64,000 nucleotides of DNA. It comes from Octopus vulgaris. Taxonomy: Eukaryota. The notes beneath the pieces were generated by a model. It did not search any database. It was given only the letters and a program-made list of their open reading frames with translations, and had not been told where the DNA came from. The DNA lies in assembly GCA_951406725.2 (NCBI GenBank), contig OX597822.1:30194001-30258000 (forward strand), read 5' to 3'. Of this stretch, positions 52,701 to 64,000 are shown one piece after another (within the stretch, counting starts at the first letter, position 1; every line of letters begins with the position of its first letter). Position numbers and translations under genes: made by a program.

Positions 52701-53300
52701 TTTGCGCAAAAATCAACACGGCTCTATGTCAATGCGAGGTCAAATTTGCCTTTTATCATACTGGGGCCGACAACCTTCTCACAAAGATACACCGACCCAT
52801 CTCTGGAATATAAGTGTCAACAACGATTAGACTTTTTTTATCATTTATTTTGCCAGAAAAATTGACATTTTCGAGATTGCCACTCAAGCATTTATTAACA
52901 AAGCCAAGTGTGCCAATAATACATGTAAATGTGAATTTATAAGTTGGGTAGAGAAGCTGTATCTTTCGAAGTAGTTGCTCCTAAATATTCTCTTTCTTAT
53001 TAATTTTCTAAAAAACGTTAGCATTTGCAGAGCAGGTGTATGTATGTATGTATGTATGTATGTATGTATGTATGTATGTATGTATGTATGTATGTATGTA
53101 TGTATGCATGTTTGTATGCATAGATAGATTCACTTTTAAATAATTGCTGGTGCGGGCAACGTGCAGTTGTTGTAAGGTGCAGTTTAGTCGAATGCCCCAC
53201 AAGATACGTTCGAAATACAATTAAGCAGCACCTATTTTATTTACACTTTTTTAATTAATAGGCTAAAGAAAAACCAAATTGCAAAACTCGGAATCCCTCA

Positions 53301-53443
<143 letters not shown>

Positions 53444-53487
53444 AAGAGATAGAAGTGTATGTGCGTATGTGTGTATGTATGTATATA

Positions 53488-53670
53488 TGGGGAGAATTCA
53501 CAAAAGAAAAACAAAACAAAAGTCGAAGACAGGTGGTGTAGACAACAAACAGATGTATTAGTTTAACGCTCGGGAATTGGAAAAGTCTTTAACGTTTCGA
53601 GCCTACGCTCTTACACAGAAAGAAAAAAGGAGAGAAAATAGAGAATGTGTAGTGGCTAGCGATTCTCGGC
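53488..53670 (-). mobile_element. H1-related hammerhead element
   Basis: Same layout (pyrimidine tract, ribozyme, CCCGAGCGT, T-rich 3' end) ending at a TA/TG microsatellite. Confidence 0.55.
53587..53622 (-). ncRNA. Hammerhead-like motif with non-canonical core (CUGUGUA)
   Basis: Reverse complement CUUU-CUGUGUA-A-GAGC(GUAG)GCUC-GAAACGUU-AAAG; stem I CUUU/AAAG is compensatory relative to GUUU/AAAC. Confidence 0.5.
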
Positions 53671-53677
53671 CGGAACG

Positions 53678-53879
53678 AGACACTTTATTTCTCGTTGCTC
53701 CAGTCCACTCAGCTAGCAAAAATGAGTAGTACCTGTGTCATGCTGAATCTCCCTGAGGACTACGTTAAGGGTACACATGTCTGTGGAATGCTCAGCCACT
53801 TGCACGTTCATTTCAGGAGCAAACTGTTCAATTGATCGTATCAACTAGGACCCTCGTCGTCGTAACCGACAGAGTGCTC

Positions 53880-53880
<1 letters not shown>
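53678..53880 (+). mobile_element. SINE B3, 5'-truncated
   Basis: CCAGTCCACTCAGCT...CCCTCGTCGTCGTAACCGAC. Confidence 0.78.
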
Positions 53881-53948
<68 letters not shown>

Positions 53949-54086
53949 CCTAACTTAACTTATATAGGTATCTTAGGTACCAGAAATTTGAAGATATTGT
54001 GAGTTTTTATTAGTTTCTGGTGCAGGATACAATGTAAAGACGGGCCATTTTATTCGCCTGTAAAACATGCTTTTTAATCTTTTTAG

Positions 54087-54195
54087 TCTTACGACCCTGT
54101 ACAAAGCCTCCGAAACAGTTGGGAATGAAAGAGGAATCTGTCCACAAACCAGAGGTGCGGCACAAATGCTTGCTACGGAATTGACACCGCTACAG
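54087..54195 (+). other. Candidate downstream exon of the 48961 gene (frame and donor unresolved)
   Basis: Acceptor TTTTTAATCTTTTTAG| at 54086/54087; unique, more GC-rich sequence; possible donors GAG|GTGCGG (54154) or CAG|GTATTC (54195). A phase-0 join would give SYDPVQSLRNSWE-stop. Confidence 0.25.
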
Positions 54196-54760
54196 GTATT
54201 CACAGCGCCAAATTGTGGTGATGTCTTAATTACGGGTGACGTATTAAATCTGTTACACGAGCAGGTCACAACGTGATTTGAACTCTGAACTTAAAGAAGC
54301 GGAATAAATAAGACACGTATGGGGTGCGACGTTCCTACATTTCCGCCAAACCATCGATGTACGTTTTCATCGACCACAAAAAAATCAAAAGGCAAAGTTG
54401 ATCTTGGTAGGATTTGAACCCACTTAGTTGGAACAATATGTGAAACACTTTCTACCCGACGCCTTAACAACTCTGCCAAATATATGCAGAGCATATATGT
54501 CACATGTACTGGATGACTTGTTTTGATTAGTTTAAATAGATTCATGCATTATGTATGGAGGCCTAAAACTGACGTACGGTGTCCCTTTCCATAATCTCTC
54601 ACGATATATACATATATGCATACAGATTTACATATATACACGCACGCCCCCGCAGGTACGTGTGTGGGTATGTATGTATACGGATTGACTGATGAATCCG
54701 TACTCAGTGAATTTGTTAGACCGGTGACTTTATACACACACACATATACATGCGTGTATG

Positions 54761-54836
<76 letters not shown>

Positions 54837-56140
54837 GGTATTTAAGCAACTTTGCTATATATTTGTATACGCATACTTATGAATAATTAGATGTGTGTTA
54901 ATTAATACACCATGGCGGAATGTATGTATTTATTGATCCAATTATATTTTATAGCTTTCTATTAACGCATTGATCTATAAACGTAACTCCATGTCTGAAT
55001 ATTGTACCTCCCTTCCCGCTCCATCTTTCTCTCTCCTCTAAAAGAATATACAGAATACATGTGTGTGATGGGGTGGAATGGGGCGAGCGTTAGTGTATGT
55101 ATCGTTGGCGTAATTTAGCCCTGACTCAGCTCTGAACAATCAGATGTTAGAGAGCATTGTGTTTTAACATTTTGTCTGTTGTTTCTAGCATATAATGAGG
55201 CCACGTAGAAGTATCTTCTTTTCATGCATATTATTGCACTACAGTCCATGTGTCTTCGGGATTTACGAATATAATGTTATACACATTTGTACATTCTATG
55301 TGTTTATGTGAATTGAACATACATACGTATGTACATATATATAAATATATACATACATACGTACGTACGTACATACAAACATAATACAAACAAAATACAA
55401 ACATACATGCATACATACATACACATATATATACATACATGCATACATGCATACATACATACATACATACATCATACATACATACATACATACATACATA
55501 CATACATACATACATACATACACACATAGTTGATACTTGCAAGCACGTATGCCCTGAAAACGTGCAATGAAATATCATTAATTGTTTCCCGTGCTTATGT
55601 ATTCGCGCGTGGTCAAACACATCCTCTTGGCCTTTCAACGCTTGACCATCAGAACATCGAGAAAGATGCAGCTGCTGGAATAGCGCTGTGCAAACACTCG
55701 ACTGGAGTGTTGCACTCGACTGGAGTGTTACTCATTTCAGTTAAGTAAACAGATTCAACGTGAAAGGACACGCCTAGCTTAAGTATACTAAGTGTCGCCT
55801 GATCCTGGAATCCAAGACATGAACTCATGTTCATGAGCTTAACAGTCTAACCACAAATCATACATGCACCTACATGTGTGTGAAGGAGTGTGTATGTACA
55901 TGTGTATGAGTAGATGTACCTGTGTGACATCACATTACTATTGTCTAAGTCAATTTTTATATGAATAATAAATTTGTGCTTACCAATAAGTAACTATGTG
56001 GTGAGAAACTTGTTTCCCAACCACATGGTTCATGGTTCACTCGTACTACGTGGCACGTTAGGCAAGTGTCTCCTATTTTAACCCTTGGCCGACCAAAATT
56101 TTGTGAAGAGATTTCGTAGATGGAAACTGAAAAAAATCGT

Positions 56141-56226
<86 letters not shown>

Positions 56227-56229
<3 letters not shown>

Positions 56230-56418
56230 CCCCCGGAAACGAAGAACAAACACAAAAAAAAACGACAACGCGAGGACGTGGTACATTTAAAGTATTAGCG
56301 GACGCTCAGGGAAGGAAAGAATGGTAGTTTAACGTTTCGAGCAAAGCTCTTCTTCAGAAACAGACCAAAGTTCAATAGAGAAGGAAGACGAAGATAAAAA
56401 ATCGCCAACGATTCACAT
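56227..56418 (-). mobile_element. Family H1 hammerhead element nested in the internal microsatellite of a family A SINE
   Basis: Homology to 22893-23098; 3' end abuts (TA)n at 56147-56226; SINE pieces at 55995-56142 and 56437-56483. Confidence 0.7.
56327..56361 (-). ncRNA. Minimal type-I hammerhead ribozyme (intact core)
   Basis: Reverse complement GUUU-CUGAAGA-A-GAGC(UUU)GCUC-GAAACGUU-AAAC; differs from the 22971 copy only at N7 and the stem II loop. Confidence 0.8.
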
Positions 56419-56508
56419 GTGTGTGTGTGTGTGTGTAAATGGTGGTGCCCCAGCTTGGTCACAGCACATGAGCTGAAACAAGATCAAATCAAATCAGATC
56501 AAATCATA

Positions 56509-57400
56509 GAGGCCTGATCAATAAGTATCCGAGCTGTTGCCATTGTAACAAAGGTAAAGCACGCAGAGTAGAGCCGCCTGACAAAGATTAACCTTGACCT
56601 CTCTGCTGTGCATGCGCACTGAGTTTTAACGTTTTAGCTCACTTCTGCTGTTTATAGTAGAGCTTAGAAGGAAGGTGTGTAGCGAGTGATCCTCGCATTA
56701 AGCATAACAGAGAAAGTTGTCAGGGCGATACTTGTTCGGAGGCCTATGCAAAGCTTCAGAAAATTTATGGAGACGAGTGTGTGAGCCGCACACAAGATTA
56801 CGAGCGGTTCAAACGTTTTTAAGATGGCCGAAAAAATGTCGATATTGAAGGACGTTCTTGGAGACATACAACCAGCAGAAATGACAAAAAACATCGCAGA
56901 TGTCCAGCTGTGAGGGTGAAATCGTCGAATCACCATCCGTGAATTATCAGTGGATGTGCAGATTACTTACGGTTCAGTTCAGTCCATTACCACTGAAGAT
57001 TTGGGTATGAGACGCGTGTCTTCCAAGTTTGTGCCAAAACGTCTTGCAGCTCACAAAAAAAAAACAAAAACCCTCGGGTTTCAGTTGCACAAGATCTCTT
57101 TGATTGTGTCGAGAACTATGGAATCTTTTTGAAATCTTTGCGTAGGCTTCTGAACAGTATCGCAAGCTTTTGGCAAAATTTGATGCAGATTCTCTGCTCA
57201 GCTGTCTCTGTTATGGTTAATGTCACGATCACACGCTACGCGCCATCTTTCTTCCAAGCACAGTGGAAGTCAGTTAGAATGTTATAACTTAGTACGCATG
57301 CAGAGTAGAGTTCAAGGTCGGTCTGTGCCAAGCGGCTTCACTTTGCGTGCTTTACCTTCGTTACTATGGCAACATTCTCATACTTATTGATGAGACCACA
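56509..57400 (+). mobile_element. Decayed mariner with long (about 120 bp) inverted termini and transposase N-terminal relic
   Basis: GAGGCCTGATCAATAAGTAT... versus ...ATACTTATTGATGAGACCAC, TA flanks. Frameshifted YERFKRF/KDGRKNVDIEGRS and ITTEDLGMRRVSSKFVPKRL (HTH plus WVPHEL-equivalent linker). Confidence 0.85.
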
Positions 57401-57439
57401 TACATATACATATATATATGTGTGTGTGGGGTGGTGGTG

Positions 57440-57477
<38 letters not shown>

Positions 57478-57759
57478 GTGTATATGTATGTATATATATA
57501 TATGTATATATATATATGTATATATAATATCTGTATATATGTATATATATGTATATATATAATATGCATATATATATTTATATATATATATATATTATAT
57601 TTCATATATATATATAATATGTATATATATATATATATACATATATATGTATATATAATATATATACGTGTTTATACACACACATATAAATATGTACGTA
57701 TGTATGTATGGGTGGATATAGATAGATATGTATATATCTATGCATGTGTCTCTTTGTGC

Positions 57760-57915
57760 ATGTGTTTGTCTCCCACGAGCGCTTGACAGCCAGTGTTGCT
57801 TTATCTACGACCCCGTAACTTAGCGGTTCGGCAAAAGAAAACGATAGAATAAGAACCAGGCTTTACAAAAAAAAAAAAAAAAAAGGAAAAGAATATGTAC
57901 TAGGGTCAATTTGCT
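57760..57915 (+). mobile_element. SINE family A 3' half
   Basis: CCCCGTAACTTAGCGGTTCGGCAAAAGAAACGATAGAATAAG. Confidence 0.75.
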
Positions 57916-58399
57916 GACATGAATGTTTATGTCTGTATGGATTTGTGAATATTGCATGCGCAATAGCACATAAGATAATTGTGTAGGAAGAATTACCCGT
58001 TTTGCTTGTGGATATTTAAAGATATTTTCTCTATGTAGAGGAAGAGAAAAAATCAACAACAACAGCAAAGCATGTAATGAAGTTCTTTACTTGTCCTTTC
58101 AAACTTACCAAAAATAAGCCGACAAATTGACTGTTGGTCATTAACACTAGAAATGTGTTTTGACCTTTGACATATCGACGCAGGCTATTGTTCAAAATAA
58201 TGGCTAACTTGTTCTTTGTTTAAATCTATCTTAATTACCATCTTTTACGTTACAACATGGCATTTTCTTTTTAACTACCATCTCGATTCAAGGTTAGAAA
58301 GAACAAGTGGACAATGCATTTTGAAGCCGTACAGGTAGACAATATATTTAAAAGTCCAGTCATTTACTATAGGTCTCATATATATATATTACATTAGGC

Positions 58400-58528
58400 T
58401 TCCGCGCGGCACCATGGGCAAGTGTCTAATACTATAGCCGCGGGTCACTCAACCAATGTCTTGTGAATTTGGTAGATGGTATTGTGTGGAAACCCGTCGA
58501 GTTTGTATGTGTGTATGTGTGTGTGTGT

Positions 58529-58560
<32 letters not shown>

Positions 58561-58660
58561 ACGTGTGTTTTATTGTCTGTGTTTGTCCACTCCTGCCACC
58601 GCTTGACAACCAATGTTAGTTTGTTTACGCCCCCCGCGATTTAGGGGTTCTCAGGAAAGA
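58400..58660 (+). mobile_element. SINE family A, diverged partial
   Basis: GGCACCATGGGCAAGTGTC...TTGTGAATTTGGTAGATGG, internal (TG)n. Confidence 0.7.
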
Positions 58661-58689
58661 GAAGAAACGGGGAGAGAGAGAGAGAGAAA

Positions 58690-58748
<59 letters not shown>

Positions 58749-58929
58749 CTGTGTGATCTAGTTGAAATAATGAAAACACCTTGTTTCTTGTTCAATGGAA
58801 GTTTATTATTTAATATGAAGCTGGTTTTCCCCTGTCATCAATTACACCCCACCTTTAATACATCGAGGATTCACTCGCGCAGGTTCTTAAAGTTTCTCAA
58901 AGTAATTTTAAGTAATTCCTCGACGAAAA

Positions 58930-59700
58930 ACCTACTTTAATTCGTCCAGCGATGATGATATTTATAATTTTAAAAGGGAAGCAGCCCCTCATTTTCTACT
59001 CTAAAATCCTCGATTTTATTGAGGTCCGGTGATTGTTGGGGTCGGAGAAGGGGATTTCAAATGTTCTACTTCCCTTTTGTGTTCTTCATACCAATAGTAG
59101 TAGTCATGGAAGTCGATGCATAATCGTCCTGGAAGATTGTGCTACCATCAGGGAACAATGTTTGTACCATTGAATGAATATGATCAGCCACAATACTCAG
59201 ATCATCCTTGTCGTAAACTCTGCTATGTAGAAGAACTAAAGAGCCGGAAGAGTTCTATGATATGGTTGCCCAAATCATCACAGAACCTCATTTTAACCAA
59301 GTCAGGGTCGAGAGCTTCGTCGTGCTCTTTCCAGATATAAGGTCACCCCGAAGTAGGGGAAAAGGTGTGAATGATTATTTGTCAAAGAAGACGACATTGC
59401 TTCATTTAGCCATTGAACACTTCTGATAGCCTACACACCAATTTTTCTGCTTATCAATGTCGATGAGGAGCAGGAAAAATTTAGCAATTTCCGTTTTCCC
59501 ACGGTATCCAGCTTTATGGAACTCACGACAAACGGGTTTTGATTGACACAGAATTGACAAGCTAGTTGTTAAATTCTTCTGTTATTTTTGCTGCAGTTCG
59601 ATGATTTTTAGAGAATTCGTTTCACAATGCTGTGATACCTCTCTGTAAGGTTTGCCTTTCGTCAAGAATTATGCTTGTCAAAGTTGGTTTTACTGTGGTT
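58930..59700 (-). pseudogene. Tc1-family DDE transposase pseudogene
   Basis: Frameshifted minus-strand blocks KNHRTAAKITEEFN, VCREFHKAGYRG, LFPDGSTIFQDDYAS, WYEEHKREVEHL, QSPDLNKIE. Confidence 0.88.
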
Positions 59701-59855
59701 TTGGTTCCAGCATGATTTTAGAGATTCTAGTGGTCAGTCCTCCAACAAATTGTCCTCACCAGAAATCAGATAAGACACGCATTTTTAATATAAAATATCT
59801 GCAAAAAAAGAAAACAGAAGGTTATATCTTGAAGCACATGGCATACATTCATATG

Positions 59856-59916
<61 letters not shown>

Positions 59917-61286
59917 GGCACGATGTGTTTATTTTAGTAGTTTTGACTTAGTAACCTCCTGGCGTGTGGCATTTATGTGTAGTAATGCCCCCTATATAAT
60001 ATAAATAAATATATTTAAGTGAAAAAATTGGTGGATATTTTCTCTTATGAGGTTTTTCACGCTGACTACTTGATAAATTCTTATAAATACTTTATCCTAT
60101 TTTTCAATTGTATATATATATATATATACACACGCGCGTACACACGTAGAAACTGGAGCAGTTTTGAATTTGTAATATTGTCAATAGCAATAAAAAAAAT
60201 AGTTAAATAAAAATGGGTGCTTCCATTATTTTGTGTAGCCTGTGCTCCTCCCCAATAATATAACCTGTATGCCCAATTCTACCTGCTCGCCGCCTTGTAC
60301 ATTTATAATGTTAAAAAAATATATATTTGTAAAATCTTTTGTGTTCCTTTCTTGTCATCCGTTTGCACACTCACACACGCACAGACACACAAACACACGC
60401 AAACACACACACTCACAAACACACACACACATACATATACATACGCACATATTCCCTCCCCTCTCTACATACCACTCTCACATACACACACTCATGCACG
60501 CACGCACGCACACACACACACACGAGCCTGTGTTGAAGTTTTGTGAGTCTACTTTGTAATTACTACTATTTTATAACTAGAAACCTAAGTATGACGTATG
60601 AAAGGAAAAAAAATAAAGAAAAAGAATTCAATGGTGTCTGGAATACTGGAATGTAATGACTATCTGCAACTAAGTTTCTTTAACTAGTACCCGCAGGTCT
60701 AACACAGATAATAGTTGCATAATTGTACTCTCTTTCCCTCCTCTCCTTTCTCTCACTCTCTCTGTCTGTGTTTATCTTTATGTATATTTATCAGTCTGTA
60801 TATCTATTAGGCAACGTCTGATTTTTCAGCTATAATTCAAGGACGATTTATATGAATATTAAATCAATTCAGCTACATGAATGGTACTTTAAAGTATCGA
60901 CTACGGATCGATGAAGACCAAAGCTGACCTCGGCAAGAGTTAGACACAGAGTGTAAAACAGTCCTAATTGAAAAGCGTGGGCGTTTGGCCAGACGCTATG
61001 ACGATTCTGTCAACTGTTTAGCAATTTCTTTTTACTCAGTTATTTCTTCAAAATAAAGCAATGAGTTACAAATGCTAATGATGCGAAAATTAGTAAAATT
61101 GAAGATATGAAAACTTAGCGAACAGACGCAGAAACGCACAGCTTTTCTTCTTTAATAATTTTTAAAGTAGGGTTAAATAAACGACACGGTCTGCTGAATT
61201 GCATGTTTGGAAAGAAAGTATTAGTAATTATATTGGATGACTTGTAGCCCATAATTACTTTATATATATATATATATAAAACATTT

Positions 61287-61574
61287 GAGAAAAACAACTA
61301 TTATGCAATTCAAACAATGACAGACATAAACCAAATCATAAAGAAAAAAATAAAATATATTATAAAACATATAACTAGATCACAGAAAGTACAAAAAGAT
61401 GAATAAACAGTATATAATAAGTATATGATAAGTATACTTATTACTTATATATTGTTTATTCATTTTTTTGTACTTTTTGTGATCTAGTTATATGTTTTAT
61501 AATATATTTTATTTTTTATTTATGATTTGCTTTATGCCTATCATTGTTTGAATTACATAATAGTGATTTTTCTC
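61287..61574. repeat. AT-rich palindrome, about 140-bp arms, adjacent to (TA)n
   Basis: e.g. TATAAAACATATAACTAGATCACA versus TGTGATCTAGTTATATGTTTTATA; more diverged than the other two. Confidence 0.8.
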
Positions 61575-61663
61575 TAATTTATATATATTATATATTTATA
61601 TTGTGTAATTTGATTTAATACTAAATTGAATTTTTCCCTGTAAATTTGGAGTTATACTCCCTA

Positions 61664-61750
<87 letters not shown>

Positions 61751-61752
61751 AA

Positions 61753-61868
61753 CAGCACTCCGTCGGTTACGACGACGAGGGTATCAGCTGATACGATCAA
61801 CGGAAGAGCTTGCTCGTGAAATTAACGTGCAAGTGGCTGAGCATTCCACAGACACGCGTACTCTTAAC
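61753..61868 (-). mobile_element. SINE B-type 3' tail fragment
   Basis: AGCACTCCGTCGGTTACGACGACGAGGG... Confidence 0.85.
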
Positions 61869-62134
61869 TCTTAATATATATATGAATAATATAAATATAA
61901 ATATAAATCAGAAATAGAAAAACGAAACAATAAATTGAGCAATTATAAATTCATTTGTGTGTATAAAATATTTAATTTTTCCATTTTTATAATTAAATAT
62001 TTATATACTAATAAACTGTATGTTTATGTTTTTTACCCAATGAAGTAACATTGTTATTGATATAGTTAATAAAAACCAGGAAATTCTTCGGATAATTAAT
62101 ATCCTTTAAGTGTATATACATCGAACTAAACTGT

Positions 62135-62198
<64 letters not shown>

Positions 62199-62219
62199 CT
62201 ACATGTGGATTGTTGTCGA

Positions 62220-62255
<36 letters not shown>

Positions 62256-62450
62256 ATATGTATAAAGGTTCATAATATAAGGGTAAACTATTTGCATATA
62301 TAAATTAAATCATACAATTTAATGTGAAATTTATAACATAAACACACACACACACATATATATATATCTGTGTATGTGTGTATGTGTGTATGTGTACTGT
62401 TTGCTTTTATATTATAATGAAAACATTAAATTGAAAGGATAAATGGCTAA

Positions 62451-62481
<31 letters not shown>

Positions 62482-63176
62482 CAGGGAGAGAGAGAAACAA
62501 ATAGAGAGAGAAAGACATATGTATACACACAGGCACATACATATATACATATTTATAGACATATACATATAGGGAGGGAGAGAGAGCGAATCAATGATGC
62601 AGAATTAGTGGATGAAAAGAAGACAGTGTGTTAGAGGCGTGATTTGTTGAAAATGTAAAGAAAATTTCGTTGCCCTTTATTTCGCTAATGGTTCACGAAA
62701 TATTAATTAAAACTATTCTTAAATCTTAAACAAAAACATTAATATAAACCTTATGCAAGCATGCTCTAAAACAAATGAACACAGACATAAATTCATCGGT
62801 ACATACAAGCATATAGACATGCATATATATTTACATATATAACAGATTCATACATGCGTTGATTTTTATAATTACATGTATTCATGATAATTATGCTCAG
62901 CAGACGTTGAAAAGTTCTTAAAAACAAAAGTGAAAGGAAATCTATGTCAATCTAATGAGACATCCCAAAATATGCATAAGATTCCAGACGTTCAGTCTAT
63001 GCATGTAAGTATGTGTGTGAGTGTGTATGTGTAAAATTCAGTTGTATAAGTTGGTGCAACTAGTTGAGTCGGAATGATATATACACACAAAACAATAATC
63101 CTTCATTTGTTACACACACACACACACATATATATATATATGTATGTATGTATGTATATGTATATATATGTATATA

Positions 63177-63251
<75 letters not shown>

Positions 63252-63301
63252 ATACACACATACACGTGTAGACATATGAACAGCCAGACTTTCATACATA
63301 C

Positions 63302-63336
<35 letters not shown>

Positions 63337-64000
63337 TGTATGTATGTGTATATATGTGTGTGTGTATGTGAGTGTTTGTATGTGTGTGTGTACTACATCG
63401 AGTGAAAAGTATTTTCAGACTTTCATTGATGGCTTTTGGCAACTCGTATCTCCACGTTATATTCTTAATTTGATAAAAACTTGTCCAGTCGTAGCTAAAT
63501 TATTTATTCTTTATTTTCATATCTAACATATAAACATAGTTCATTCTTTATTTTACAGCTTTCGTAATAAATGGTGAAAAATTCCAATTAGAACCATTTT
63601 ATGTTTCCTATAAATATGTTTATATTATTCTTTAGCTAAAGACTCACAAAAGTTTAATAATGCCAAAATCTCATAATGCAAACCCAGCGAGTTAACGGAT
63701 ATCCGTTCCTGTTTTTTATGGTAATAAACGAATCCATAATTATCTATGACCACTTGTCTTAATACAAACCGGATTAGATTTTCTTGATAAGAGAACTGGC
63801 AGCTGAATGTTTTGTCAATGTTTAATTGATCGTACAATAGAATCGATGTATGTCGCAATAAAATGCTAAAGCGGTAACTAACTTGCTGTGTTGTAAAAAA
63901 ATCCTCAGCAAACTTTAAAACTTGTCAACCTTCAGGTATTCACACATAAATCTATAATAAACTATTTCGTGCATACACATACTGTATTGTCATATTATCT

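Larger units (their letters stand above)
55995..56483 (+). mobile_element. SINE family A, diverged, interrupted by hammerhead element
   Basis: 5' half 55995-56142, tail 56437-56483. Confidence 0.75.

Overview
AT-rich animal genomic DNA, dominated by microsatellites ((TA)n, (CA)n, (CATA)n, (AAT)n, (GA)n, (CTAT)n) and short mobile elements. The tRNA-derived SINE families and repeat landscape look like an octopod cephalopod (Octopus); this is my inference, not a database result. Almost all ORFs in the supplied track are microsatellite or SINE artefacts. One convincing host coding exon is present (48961-50022, +): seven 19-aa TPKSP-containing repeats, a (Cys-Pro-Glu)n tract and an acidic region, ending at a GTGAGT splice donor. 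Mobile DNA: at least four SINE families (about 30 copies, several with clean TSDs), two non-autonomous Helitrons, mariner/Tc1 relics, a CR1/L2-group LINE 3' end, and three R4/Dong-type restriction-like-endonuclease retroelement ends sitting in (TAA)n. The least expected signal is seven minimal type-I hammerhead-ribozyme motifs (two textbook-intact, stems co-varying between families) in short elements, mostly next to microsatellites. One of these elements appears to carry a decayed tRNA-like head and lies head-to-head with an inverted copy. There are also three (TA)n-embedded 120-150 bp-arm palindromes with one extended arm. Together these point to a set of Penelope-like/retrozyme non-autonomous elements that use microsatellites as landing pads. 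No rRNA, intact tRNA gene or CRISPR array was seen. Boundaries of diverged repeats were read by eye and are approximate.
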